Below are positions 1 through 10,445 of a DNA stretch of 20,179 nt, piece by piece; position 1 is the first letter of the stretch; each line of letters opens with the position of its first letter. Under the pieces are notes generated by a model. That model saw only the letters and a list, made by a program, of their open reading frames with translations. It did no database searches and was not told the origin of the DNA. The DNA lies in the NCBI RefSeq assembly GCF_006345805.1, contig NW_021824180.1:1-20179 (forward strand). Reading direction: 5' to 3'. The translations under genes were made by a program, and so were the position numbers. The DNA is from Octopus sinensis. Its lineage: Eukaryota.

Positions 1-148
1 TAATCAATTAATTATAATAATAATTATTTTACCAAGTAGTCTGGTAGATATCTATGGTAGCGGAAAAATTAAGTGTTTTAACTGCTATTTCTAACTTCGG
101 TGCGTGGCGAAGCAATTAGGTGAACCCTGTTTATAACTAATACTTACA

Positions 149-212
149 ATATATAATAATATTAATATATTTATATATATATATATATATATTATAATAT
201 ATATACATATAC
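149..212. repeat. Interrupted (TA)n microsatellite
   Basis: Direct reading of TA dinucleotide runs with interruptions. Confidence 0.9.
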
Positions 213-224
213 TATAACATATAC

Positions 225-360
225 TGTTTGATTTGCCTAATAGTGGTTTTATCTCTAATTTAATATATATAAATAAATATATTTATACTATAAAATGATT
301 TAATCTAAATCCTAATCTAAGGTTCCCCTGGAAGTTTGGATTTTTCCCTAATATTATTAT
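225..360 (+). mobile_element. Diverged partial copy (distal arm plus tail, no ribozyme) of the hairpin/hammerhead element at 10436-11301
   Basis: 225-259 TGTTTGATTTGCCTAATAGTGGTTTTATCTCTAAT matches 10717-10750 with 4 substitutions and 1 indel. 335-360 TTTGGATTTTTCCCTAATATTATTAT matches 10816-10843. TA-rich sequence lies on both sides. Confidence 0.75.
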
Positions 361-1031
361 GATTATTATATATTATATATACGCGCGTGTGTGTGTGTGT
401 GTATGTGCTTATATGCAGTCCTACAATTTGATTCTCTTCGCATCCACGCAATCTGCCTACGCGATACTTTGAGCTTATCTGCTGTAGCATTATTGTAACC
501 AAAAGTTTGTGAGCGATATTTTGATACGGCATTGGAGGTAAGCTTTTCTTCTATCCATGTATGTTTGCATGGGTATGTCTGATTATATATCAATTTCTGT
601 TTAAGAGGAATAACACCTGTATGAATTAATTATTCCTGAGTCTCTAATGGCATGTAATTGAGCGGATGATATATAGACAGAGATAAAATATAATTTAGAC
701 TGAAACGTAGTTATTGTTAATATGAGTGACTAAGTGACTAACGTTGATGACACAATATGGTCGTCATCCAATCGCTGAATCCAGTAAAAGAATATAAACA
801 TATCCATTACATCTCATAACTATGGTGCATTTTCAGGTTTAAACTTTCGAAAAATTCTTTGAATGCTATACAATTCAATAAATTTTGCTAAATGATATAT
901 CCACACTTCTCAGCTGAAGATGGTGGATACAATTACCATAACACACTTTCCTTCTGAGACGTTAACAAATACTGTTATCATAAATTGATCGTATCCTTCG
1001 ATCTTCGTGATAGCGCATACACAAACTTACA

Positions 1032-1057
1032 TGTGTGTATATATATATATGATAATA

Positions 1058-1119
<62 letters not shown>

Positions 1120-1142
1120 TTATATGTATATATATGTATATA
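1032..1142. repeat. Compound (TA)n/(TG)n microsatellite
   Basis: Pure TG run at 1073-1115 flanked by TA-rich runs. Confidence 0.95.
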
Positions 1143-1160
1143 GAAAATCTACTTGCCAAC

Positions 1161-1333
1161 GTACATTGGTGGTCCTGGTAAGGACGATGTTAATACCTTT
1201 TTATAACCCCAGGAAAACATCTAGTCCAGCTGGCTACCGACGCACAACTGCATCCTTATACCTCGAGCAATGATGTTTTTCCTGGAGCTAATAAAAGATC
1301 GTAACACGATCCTAACCATGACTGCCAATTTAC
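1161..1333. mobile_element. Degenerate foldback element / MITE-like inverted repeat
   Basis: Arms 1161-1221 and 1272-1333 are reverse complements at 46/62 positions by hand alignment, with one gap and a 50-bp spacer. No TSD identified. Confidence 0.6.
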
Positions 1334-1380
1334 TCTGTAGTACAGTTACTACTTACTTCTCGCTCAGAGATTTAAAACTA

Positions 1381-1924
1381 TTGGGTTGTCCGGAAAGTTC
1401 GTGCCGATTTATAGTAGCTTAATTTCGACTTATTTTAGAACATGGTTGAGTCCATAAAATAGGATTTGACTACACCTCCATTCAGAGCACAGTTCAAATT
1501 ATCTTTTCGTGGAAGATGGTTTATGTTCGTATAACCTGTGTTAATTTTGTAACCGTTTAAAACGGAAAATAAGAAAGTTCCTTTTCGGCAGTTGATGCTT
1601 TGGGAACCAGACAAACATTGCTGCATCTCGGCTGGGATGCGTTACCCCACCCTCCATATTCACCAGATATTGCTCCTTCAGATTTCCAGTTATTCAGGTC
1701 TCTGAAGAATTGCCTTAATGGTAAAATTTCAATTCCCTGGATGACGTAAAGAGATACCTTAATGAATTCTTTGCCATGAAACAACCTCAATTCTGGGAAG
1801 AAGGTATTTTCAAGTTAAAGGAAAGATGGAGATGCATTGTGCAATAAAATGGTTCATAATGGCAAGTATTTATTGACCTTTTTCTTTCCTTTAAAAATCC
1901 GCACGAACTTTCTGGATAACCGAA
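1381..1924 (+). mobile_element. Internally deleted mariner (Tc1/mariner) DNA transposon
   Basis: 30-bp TIRs at 1381-1410 (TTGGGTTGTCCGGAAAGTTCGTGCCGATTT) and 1895-1924, 4 mismatches. Flanked by TA at 1379-1380 and 1925-1926. Contains a transposase remnant. Confidence 0.93.
1562..1860 (+). pseudogene. Mariner transposase remnant
   Basis: ACG-ENKKVPFR at 1562-1588 resembles a mariner N-terminus with a mutated ATG. It is joined out of frame to the C-terminal region LLHLGWDALP-HPPYSPDIAPSDF (motif at 1648-1686)-QLFRSLKNCLNGK, then a frameshift near 1726, FNSLDDVKRYLNEFFAMKQPQFWEEGIFKLKERWRCIVQ and a stop. YSPDxAPSD is the mariner motif preceding the third catalytic Asp. Confidence 0.92.
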
Positions 1925-2104
1925 TATTTCAAAGTATTTGTTAACTTAACCGGTTTCACTTCGTTATAATGATTTTCAATAATGAAGCGTGAGGCTTTGT
2001 GTATCCCCTGTCGTGCCAAATTTAGCTTACATAACTGCATTCAAGTCATGTAATAGTCTTTGACAATGATAGGAAAAAGGTTTGCGGTATTTTGTATTAC
2101 CTGT

Positions 2105-2341
2105 AATTAAGGCGGCGAGCTGGCAGAAACGTTAGCACATCGGGCGAAATGCGTAGCCGTATTTCGTCTGCCGCTACGTTCTGGGTTCAAATTCCGTCGG
2201 GGTCGACTTTGCCTTTCATCCTTTCGGGGTCGATTAAATAGGTACCAGTTACGGACTGGGGTCGATATAATCGACTTAATCCGTTTGTCTGTCCTTGTTT
2301 GTCCTCTCTGTGTTTAGCTCCTTGTGGGTAGTAAAGAAATA
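2105..2341 (+). mobile_element. tRNA-derived SINE, family S1, full-length monomer
   Basis: Head GGCGGCGAGCTGGCAGAA (A-box-like), B-box GTTCAAATTCC, core GTCGACTTTGCCTTTCATCCTTTCGGGGTCG (recalled as Meta/MESC-like, unverified). Identical 19-bp TSD GGTATTTTGTATTACCTGT at 2086-2104 and 2342-2360. Confidence 0.93.
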
Positions 2342-2584
2342 GGTATTTTGTATTACCTGTGTTGAGTCAAAAAGTAGTTTACATAAAAACGCGCAGAGCA
2401 GGTAAATAATTTTTATAATGATAAGAAGATAAAAATTAGTTTTTAGTCTTACAGTTATCAGAAACTATAATTGTTTGCAATACATCAAATAGAAGAAAAG
2501 GTGAGTAGCGAAATAAGAAACCATTTATAGTTCTCAGATCTAGTTGTAATGATCTCGTATCTGGCTGGTGTTTGGCATTTAATC

Positions 2585-2976
2585 TTTACTCTTTTACTCT
2601 TTTACTTGTTTCAGTCATTTGACTGCGGCCATGCTGGAGCACCGCCTTTAATCGAGCAACTCGACCCCGGGACTTTGAAAGCCAAGTACTTATTCTATCG
2701 GTCTCTTTTGCCGAACCGCTCAGTGACGGGGACATAAACACACCAGCATCGGTTGTCAAGCAATGCTAGGGGGACAAACACACACACGCATATATATATA
2801 TATACATATATACGACGGGCTTCTTTCAGTTTCCGTCTACCAAATCCACTCACAAGGCTTTGGTCGGCCCGAGGCTATAGTAGAAGACACTTACCCAAGG
2901 TGCCACGCAGTGGGACTGAACCCGGAACCATGTGTTTGGTAGACAAGCTACTTACCACACAGCCACTCCTGCGCCT
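2585..2976 (-). mobile_element. tRNA-derived SINE, family S2, full length
   Basis: Minus strand reads AGGCGCAGGAGTGGCTGTGTGG (A box), GGTTCAGTCCC (B box), a CORE-like CCTTGGGTAAGT segment, an internal TA/CA microsatellite, and a 3' tail ending in (GTAAAAGA)n. Confidence 0.9.
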
Positions 2977-3594
2977 ATTATTTACTATTTTAAATGCCAT
3001 TATAATTTGTGTGTTAGGAATGTTCGCCGTTCAATATTTCAAGCAGACGTGTTCTCGCTTAATGAGTATAGCGGAAGTTGTTTTTCGTAATGGCGTCGTA
3101 GCAGAAACACAATCGTTCTTTACCTTTTACATTGTGGCTTTTTAATTTTAGCTGTCTATAATTGGTTCCTCACGTGATGGTCGAGTCCATTTAGCTTCGC
3201 GTGGACTTTCCACCTTTACTGTGATAGACTAGTTTTGCGTTTCTGCATCGGATGTTCATGGGACGATTTTTTCACTACTTCCTAGAGTAGTAGGAGTGTT
3301 TGTTACAAGCAAGATTTGATCTCCGATATGGGATCAGTTTTTACCAGTTGGCAGCTTTCAACAAATAGAAAATTATAACGAGAACTTTTGGGGTTATGTT
3401 TTGTGTTTCCTCTTACATCTATCTTCAATTTCGAGAAACTATGAACCCATGTAAACTTTTTGACAGAGTTCCACTTGTTTTGTCAATATTCACTTTAGCG
3501 ACAGAATAAAATTTTACAGTTCAGTAGTTGTAACTTGCCATTGTATATCCCTATTGATATTCATCCTGACTCATTTTAATCAAAATATATTATA

Positions 3595-3906
3595 CTAGCA
3601 GCATAGTCCAGCGTTGCCCGGGTATGTAAGAACCCCTAGTAGGCAACGATTAGCAGAAGTATGCTAAGGTTATGTTGTCTGGTCATGTTTTCTCTCGTTG
3701 ACTGCTTCAAGTGGCGGAATTTATAAATTTTTCTTTAGAACTGGGGGAACTTTTCAAAATTTTCGCTGCTTTAGTTTTGAATTATGACATTGGGCTATGT
3801 GTGTGTCAAGTTTCATCAGAATCGGTTGAAAGCCGTGGTCAGGGTGAGGGTTCAACCTGACAGACACACAGACACGCAGACAGACAACCTGCCTTTTATA
3901 TATAGA
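3595..3906 (-). mobile_element. Non-autonomous Helitron
   Basis: Minus strand starts TCTATATATAAAAGG (3906) and ends with a subterminal GC-rich hairpin-like CCCGGGCAACGCTGG followed by CTAG-T (3598-3594). These match canonical Helitron termini. Confidence 0.8.
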
Positions 3907-3925
3907 GAAGATTATCGGGACTGAA

Positions 3926-4305
3926 GGCGGCGAAATGCTTAGCGGTATTTCGTCTACCACTACGTTCTGAGTTCAAATTCTGCCGAGGTCGACTTTGCCT
4001 TTCATCCTTTCGGTCGATTAAATAAGTACCAGTTACGCACTGGGGTCAATGTAATCGATTTAATACCTATATCTGTCCTTGTTTGTCCCCTCTGTGTTTA
4101 GCCCCTTGTGGGTAATAAAGAAATATGTATTTCGTCTACCGCTACGTTCTGAGTTCAAATTCCGCCGAGGTCGACTTTGCCTTTCATGTTTTCGGGGACA
4201 ATTAAATAAGTACCAGTTACGTACTGGGGTCGATATAATCGACTTAATCCGATTGACTTTGTTTGTCCTCTCTGTGTTTAGCCCCTTGTGGGTAGTAAGG
4301 AAATA
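3926..4305 (+). mobile_element. SINE S1 dimer (deleted head plus two tandem bodies)
   Basis: Head shortened between two GGCGA motifs. Body units 3944-4125 and 4126-4305 each contain the B box, core and tail. Confidence 0.9.
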
Positions 4306-4974
4306 TATATCATTAGGCCTGAAACTGCATTTCATTCAACAACCGCACTCACTAAAATGTTTATCATTTTCGGTTTAGTTTCGGATATAGATTTGTTATC
4401 AAGTAATCTTTCGCATTTGGTTGTTGGCCATTTTCGTCTTCTATCATGTAACAGAAGAATACACTAGAGATTCCATAAGCACAGATATCTAGATGCTTAC
4501 TAAATGTTTTATTTCTAGGAGTGGCATCTTTAATTTGATCTTTGTACCCTATTGCACAGCTGGTTAGTTTTGTCCAATTTCCCAACTATAAGGTTCATTG
4601 CAGCGTGGGTATATGGTGCAGTAGACGAAATTTTATTTTGTTTTGAAATTCCCATTCACTTTCAATTCCTTCCGATTGTCGAATAATTTGGTTGCATCTA
4701 TTTCTGTTCTTTCACATATCCCCATTATGAAGGTCCGCATTCATCCATTTGGCCCCATCTCTCTTCCTGCACTAGAGATCTACTGTAACTGTTTCATTTC
4801 CTTTAACTATTTAAATGTTCAAAACAATGGCACTTCCTCCTGTTTTATTACAATAATGAACTGGACAGATGCAGAAACGCTGTTTATTTCTTTACGGATT
4901 CTTGGAACGTTATACTTATTCCAAACTATGAAGTAGTCATGGAAGAATTTTTTCCAGTACCCTGTTATATAAGA

Positions 4975-5300
4975 CTAGCAGTATCGCCCGGCATTGCTCG
5001 GGTTTGTAAGGGAAATAACTATATAAGCATTTTTAGAGAGTTACTTCCTTATATAACCCGAGTTACTTCCCTTATATAACCCGAGCAAAAATCATTAAAA
5101 ATGCGGAAAAATGATAGTAATTTTTTTTAATCGTAGACTCATCGTAGGCGCGCGCTAATACCCAGAAGGGCTCGATATGAATGACGACTATAAGATACTC
5201 GCTTTTGGTTAAACTGCACCGCAAAATGTGGGAGTAGTTAGGAATCTAAATCGGAGGAGACAGAGTCTCACACACACAATTTCAATTTTATATATAAAGA
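4975..5300 (-). mobile_element. Non-autonomous Helitron (same family as 7596-7991)
   Basis: Minus strand reads A|TCTTTATATATAAAA...CCCGAGCAATGCCGGGCGATACTG-CTAG|T, i.e. 5' TC, 3' hairpin plus CTAG, inserted in an AT target. Confidence 0.88.
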
Positions 5301-5708
5301 TTACAAATGTTGACCAAAACATATTCTTGACACTTTGTCGGCTTTCTTCACTCTTATTATATTTGTCTATCCAGAATGCCACAGCTTCCAAATTTTAAAC
5401 ATATCTGGTATTTAAGTAGAGACCGGTTTCGTATATTTACATATACATTCTGTTGTCATGTCAGTTTTATAGAAGTGAATATAAATTTCAACTTATAATT
5501 AATGAAATACTCAATGACGGATTGTACACAGTTCGTTTCTCCAGACGCTTTAAAAAATTTTACACGAACCCCTACATACGGTTTTCCGATGTTGCAAACA
5601 TGATACATTTTAATATTTAATATGAAACGTATACGCGTGTATATGTGTACATATAATGAATTGCGTGTATGTATATGCGAATTTATACTCTCACACACAC
5701 ATATACAC

Positions 5709-5711
<3 letters not shown>

Positions 5712-5754
<43 letters not shown>

Positions 5755-5813
5755 GTATACATTTCTGTAGTTTATCCTCTCTGTCCCTCACCTCCACTCT
5801 CTCTTTATATGTA

Positions 5814-5844
<31 letters not shown>

Positions 5845-5845
5845 A

Positions 5846-5881
<36 letters not shown>

Positions 5882-5902
5882 CATCTATCTATCTATCTAT
5901 CG

Positions 5903-5937
<35 letters not shown>

Positions 5938-5960
5938 CATCTATCTGTCTATCTATCTAT
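5712..5960. repeat. (TA)n, a 65-bp unique spacer, then a long (TATC)n tetranucleotide repeat
   Basis: TA run 5712-5749 and TATC run ~5813-5960. The spacer is duplicated at 11342-11413. Confidence 0.95.
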
Positions 5961-7284
5961 ATGTATATATAGATATAACTATGTAAGCCTGCGTGCTTAC
6001 TAGACAGTCTCCAAATAATATGTATCTGTATATTTACGTCGTTGAGTTTAAGTATCTATGCGTATATTTATCTGTATATGAGTGAATATGTGTGTAGTGT
6101 ACGAATGGTTGTCTGTGTCCGGTTGTAAGTAATAAAAAAAAGGTTATGGTTGTTTCAACTAAGTTTAGTAAACATTGTATGGTTTTAAAGTATTTTTTGC
6201 TCCAACTCTCCGTCTGCACATGATTATAAAATCTTGAGAGAATTCTAATATAAATATTTTATGACTGCCCCCTCTTATAGATTTGTTAAGTGTTTGTGCT
6301 TTCTTTTTTGTGACTGTCTGTTCTCTAAAGTATATCTCGATTCTCCACCTGTTTAGTTCGTTGAATCATTGTTTCATACCACAGAAAATAGTGAGTGTCA
6401 CGAAACAAACGCTCAATGAACATATAGCTACAGTAGAAGGAGACTAAACATTTTGGTGTCTGAAGCTGACGTGCTTGTACAGACGATTTTAATGTTGTGG
6501 TTGGTGTTGTCGTTAATATTCTTTTTTTCTTTGGTTTTGATGTTATTGCCGTTCCAATTCGGGCCACCATTTGTAAAGAAGACCTACATTCCAAGACTGT
6601 AACTACTCATTGATTTCAAATTTGCCTAGGTTTATATTATATAATGTGCCGTTTATTGTTTTCTATTTATTTCTTACCTATGCTTTTGTCGGGGAAGTTT
6701 CTAGGAAGGCGTATGATAATCTACTCAATCTTGCAGTTTATGACGATCGCGCTGTCGGTTACAGTGGTAGAAGAACATGAAAGAAAAGATAAAAGGGTTG
6801 TCTGTATTAATCACTTGTTGCCTATCACAAGCCCTAGCGGAGCACTATTCGACAGTTTGTACCCTTCTGCTTTAAATGTGTATACGAATGACCTTGCTGG
6901 CAAGAGAAAAATTTTATGAACAGACATACCACCATAGGGAAACCAGAAAAAAATTTGTTTTGACAAGCAATGTGAGGTCGACATCGAAAGGTCACTTCAT
7001 GAATCCTCGACGGCTAAGACCTATGGTTCACATTTATACCGACCACCGTGACAATTCCTTCTGATTAAGAATACCTTGGAGTACACTGTATAATGAATCT
7101 CTGTTTTTGAGCGGGTAGAGTGTGAGTTGGTTAGGAAGTGCACATGATACAGTGCAGTTATCTAGCGGTTTATGCATAACTGAAGGAGATACAATTTTGA
7201 TGCAAGGTTCCATTTGAGTGAAAGCGCATCGGCTAAAGATTTTCTTCACGGAAACCAAGATTTTGATGTTTCGTGTTGGTTGCA

Positions 7285-7499
7285 GAGCGGCGAGTTGACA
7301 GAAACGCTAGCACGTCGGGCAAAATGCTTAGCGTTATATCGTCCGCTTTTACGATCTGAGTTGAAATTCCACCGAGGTGAACTTTGCCTTTCATCATTTC
7401 GAGATCGATAAAACAAGTATCAGTCAAGCACTGGGTTCGATCAAATTGAATTACTCCCTTCCCCGGAATTAATGGCCCTGTGTCGAAATATGAAACCAT
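7285..7499 (+). mobile_element. Diverged SINE S1-related copy with an alternative 3' tail
   Basis: GAGCGGCGAGTTGACAGAAACG head, GAGTTGAAATTCC B box, ACTTTGCCTTTCATC core. Tail CCCTTCCCCGGAATT...GAAACC differs from the other copies. Confidence 0.85.
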
Positions 7500-7595
7500 T
7501 TTTTTCTTTGGTTTTAGTGTTGGACATGTCCAATTCCAACGCTGCTGTGTATGACAGTTTCGTGATATAATTTTTCTAGGGACATGTTTTCGTCA

Positions 7596-7991
7596 TCTTT
7601 ATATATAAAAGTGAAGTTGTGTGTCTGTCTCCTACGATTTAGATTCCTAACTACTCCCACATTTGCGGTGCAGTTTAACCAAAACCGGGTATCTTATAGT
7701 CGAGATTCATATTGAGCCCTTCTGGGTATTAGCGCGCGTCTACGATGAGTCTACGATTAAAAAAAAAAGATACCATCATTTTTTCCATTTGAATGCATTT
7801 TTTTCGCTATTACATAAGGGAAGTAACTCTCTAAAAATGTCTACGATGAGTCAACGATTTAAAAAAAATTTACCATAATTTCTTTTCCATTTTTAATGCA
7901 TTTTTTTGCTATTTTTTGGCTATAACTCTCTAAAAATGCTTATATAGTTATTTCCCTTAAAAACCCGAGCAACGCCGGGCGATACTGCTAG
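7596..7991 (+). mobile_element. Non-autonomous Helitron
   Basis: A|TCTTTATATATAAAA start, hairpin CCCGAGCAACGCCGGG at 7964-7979, CTAG|T end at 7988-7992. Internal ~100-bp tandem duplication at ~7740-7939. Confidence 0.9.
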
Positions 7992-8308
7992 TTATATATA
8001 AAGCAAGGTAATGTGTCTTTCTAACTTCAACAATTGACTGTGGCTCTTTGCTAAATCTTTTCCAGAGCACCATTTCAAAACATCTTTACAATGCAGTTTG
8101 TGCTCCACAATAAAGCGAAGCAATAAATAGAGATGCAAAGAAGCCATCTTATAACTCACAAATGATATGCAAGTAATATATTCCATGCCTCTCAAAATTG
8201 TAGACTTCGCTTCATTTAATTGAAGGTGAATCAACCCATGTGATATACGTAAATGTAAATCACGATGTCTTGGACTATATTTTAAAGTCAGGAAATTTTT
8301 CATTTACA

Positions 8309-8461
8309 AGGTGCAGGCATGGCCGTATGGAAAGAACTTGCTTCTGAACTACATAGCTACATGCCACTGCGTGGCAGCTTGGTTAAGTATTTTATACAAT
8401 AGTCTCTTGCCGACCAAGGCTTTGTCAGTAGATTTGGCAGACGGAAGCTGAAAGAAGTTCG

Positions 8462-8538
<77 letters not shown>

Positions 8539-8773
8539 CGTTTAAATATTTGTTGTGCAAGATTGTTTATGTGAAGTCGTGTGTTGAAACAGATATTGTT
8601 ATATTTCGGAATGGTCATTTTGCCAGTTTAGCAAAAGAGTTTCAATCAATAAGTACCAAGCTTTTAGAAAACTAGTACTAGGGCTCGACACATTCTCCTA
8701 AAAAAATCTTCAAGATGGTAACCCTAACATGACCACGGGCTGATATCTGAGACAAGTAAGAGGTAAGAGGTAA
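8309..8773 (+). mobile_element. Degenerate SINE S2-related copy with an internal (TA)n
   Basis: AGGTGCAGGCATGGCCGTATGG head, CCACTGCGTGGCA, GCCGACCAAGGC, GACGGAAGCTGAAAGAAG matching 2585-2976. TA run 8464-8538. Ends in (GTAAGAG)n. Confidence 0.65.
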
Positions 8774-9157
8774 TATCACTTTGCGGCAGTGTATGAATAT
8801 TAGGTTGACTCCACATCACAGCAAGATGCATATATCCAGGTCTATTCTGTGTTAAACACAAAACACACACATAGTCATCTATACATACACACAAACATAC
8901 GCGCGCGCGAACACACCCGGGATTTTTAGTCCCCAACGAATCGGTTATTGGACTCAATCCGTTCTTTATGTAAAGTGTATACCAATTATGCTTTTTCTTC
9001 TCTTTGTTATTCTTGTAAATGTTTAAGTCTGAGTTAATCCTGATCAAACAGACATAACCCAAGGCATTCCAACCATGATTACCACGCTTTTTTCTAACAT
9101 ACCTATCATTCAGATTTATGCAACTGATTCTCTTTTTCTGTAAAAAACAGAAAAGAG

Positions 9158-9224
9158 CGAAATTTTTGAGGAGGAGACCAGTCCATTACATCGACCCCAG
9201 TATGCAACTGGTACTTAAATTATC
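9158..9224 (-). mobile_element. SINE S1 fragment
   Basis: Reverse complement GATAATTTAAGTACCAGTTGCATACTGGGGTCGATG...TCCTCAAAAATT matches 10307-10369. Confidence 0.75.
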
Positions 9225-9867
9225 TGGTACAAAATACGATTTGAAAATGATTTAGATGTTATTCCTAATATATATTTCGAGATAATGCAGATGCTCCCAT
9301 GTTACTTCCTATTGTTTGTGTTAGGGGTATCGTTCGAATTAGTAATGCGATGGGCGTTGGTAGACATGGGCTGTGATAACTTTTAACTCGAGCACACTTA
9401 TGATTCAGCAGACCCGTGATAACAATAAAATTCATCCGTGACTATTTCATTATTTTCTAAAGACATTATTTATCTTGATCTATTATATTTAATGTATCGT
9501 TACGGTGGCTGCTGTCAGAACCAATATTTTCTTTATATCAACACCAAATCTGATAAATAAGGATAAAAGATATTTTTATCTAATCATACGTCTCCTTCTT
9601 TGACTGTTGAGAGATATGTGCTGCCAATCTATGACAGTGTAATGGCTGCATAGTTACATAATTGATGACATTCAAATTACAATCTGGCATATTTATCTAA
9701 GATAAACGAGGTATCGTGAGCGCTTAAACGCGATCGTTGGACAGATTAGACAGAACAACTAAATCTGCCTTTAATCCCTATCAACACTCTTAGAATTCCC
9801 TTCTCCAAAAAGTGGTTATTTCCACTGATTACCACAATTTCGCCCTCCAAAAAATGTTAACACCTGG

Positions 9868-9966
9868 CACACACACATACACACAAAACGACGCACAAAG
9901 ACACACACAAATATGCACGCGCAAACAAACACACGCACGGACACATACACGCACACACACACAAAC
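9868..9966. repeat. Degenerate (CA)n microsatellite
   Basis: CA-rich low-complexity tract. Confidence 0.85.
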
Positions 9967-10015
9967 TCACGGTCTCCTCCATTTCACTTTTCTTCTTGTG
10001 CTGCAATAGCCGCTG

Positions 10016-10396
10016 GCAGAAACGTTAGCACGACGGGCGAAATGCTTGGCGGCATTTCGTCTGCGGTTACGTTCTGAGTTCAAATTCTGCCGAGGTCAAC
10101 TTTGCCTTTCATCCTTTCGGGATCGATTAAATAAGCACCAGTTACGCACTGGGGTCGCTATAATCGACTTAATCCGTTTGTCTGTCCTTGTTTGTCCTCT
10201 CTGTGTTTAGCCTCTTGTAGGTAGTAAAGAAATAGGTATTTCGTCTCTCTTTACGTTCTGAGTTCAAATTCCGCTAGGTCGACTTTGTTTTCATCCTTTC
10301 GGGGTCGATAATTTAAGTACCAGTTGCATACTGAGGTCGATCTAATCGACAGGTCTCTCCTCAAAAATTCCGTGCCTTGTGCCTAGAGTAGAAAAG
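10016..10396 (+). mobile_element. 5'-truncated SINE S1 dimer with two different tails
   Basis: Head, body and tail alpha, then a second body with tail beta. Flanked by an 11-bp TSD AATAGCCGCTG at 10005-10015 and 10397-10407. Confidence 0.9.
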
Positions 10397-10414
10397 AATA
10401 GCCGCTGATACTGG

Positions 10415-10445
<31 letters not shown>

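Noticed and set aside
908-959. Second possible hammerhead: TCTCAG-CTGAAGA-TGGT...ACCA...CTGAGA
   Set aside because: It has stem I (6 bp), CUGAAGA and stem II, but TAAC replaces GAAAC and no stem III can form. At best a dead relic, so not called.
2111-2200. SINE heads as functional tRNA genes
   Set aside because: A- and B-box-like motifs are present, but there is no intact cloverleaf, the spacing is abnormal, and the heads are fused to SINE cores with TSDs.
4364-4936. Possible decayed LINE reverse transcriptase on the minus strand (…MESLVYSSVT…)
   Set aside because: Only a faint resemblance to RTE-type motifs, with multiple stops and no YADD-like motif seen. A translated search would be needed.
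6331-6396. Exon or microexon candidate ending at ATA|GTGAGT (6391)
   Set aside because: Two alternative acceptors, a weak exonic donor context and an unrecognisable peptide; compatible with chance.
6678-6751. Minus-strand exon with a strong polypyrimidine tract and TAG|GTAAGA donor
   Set aside because: All three frames contain stop codons.
7520-7533. 14-bp perfect palindrome TTGGACATGTCCAA
   Set aside because: Isolated and short, with no supporting context.
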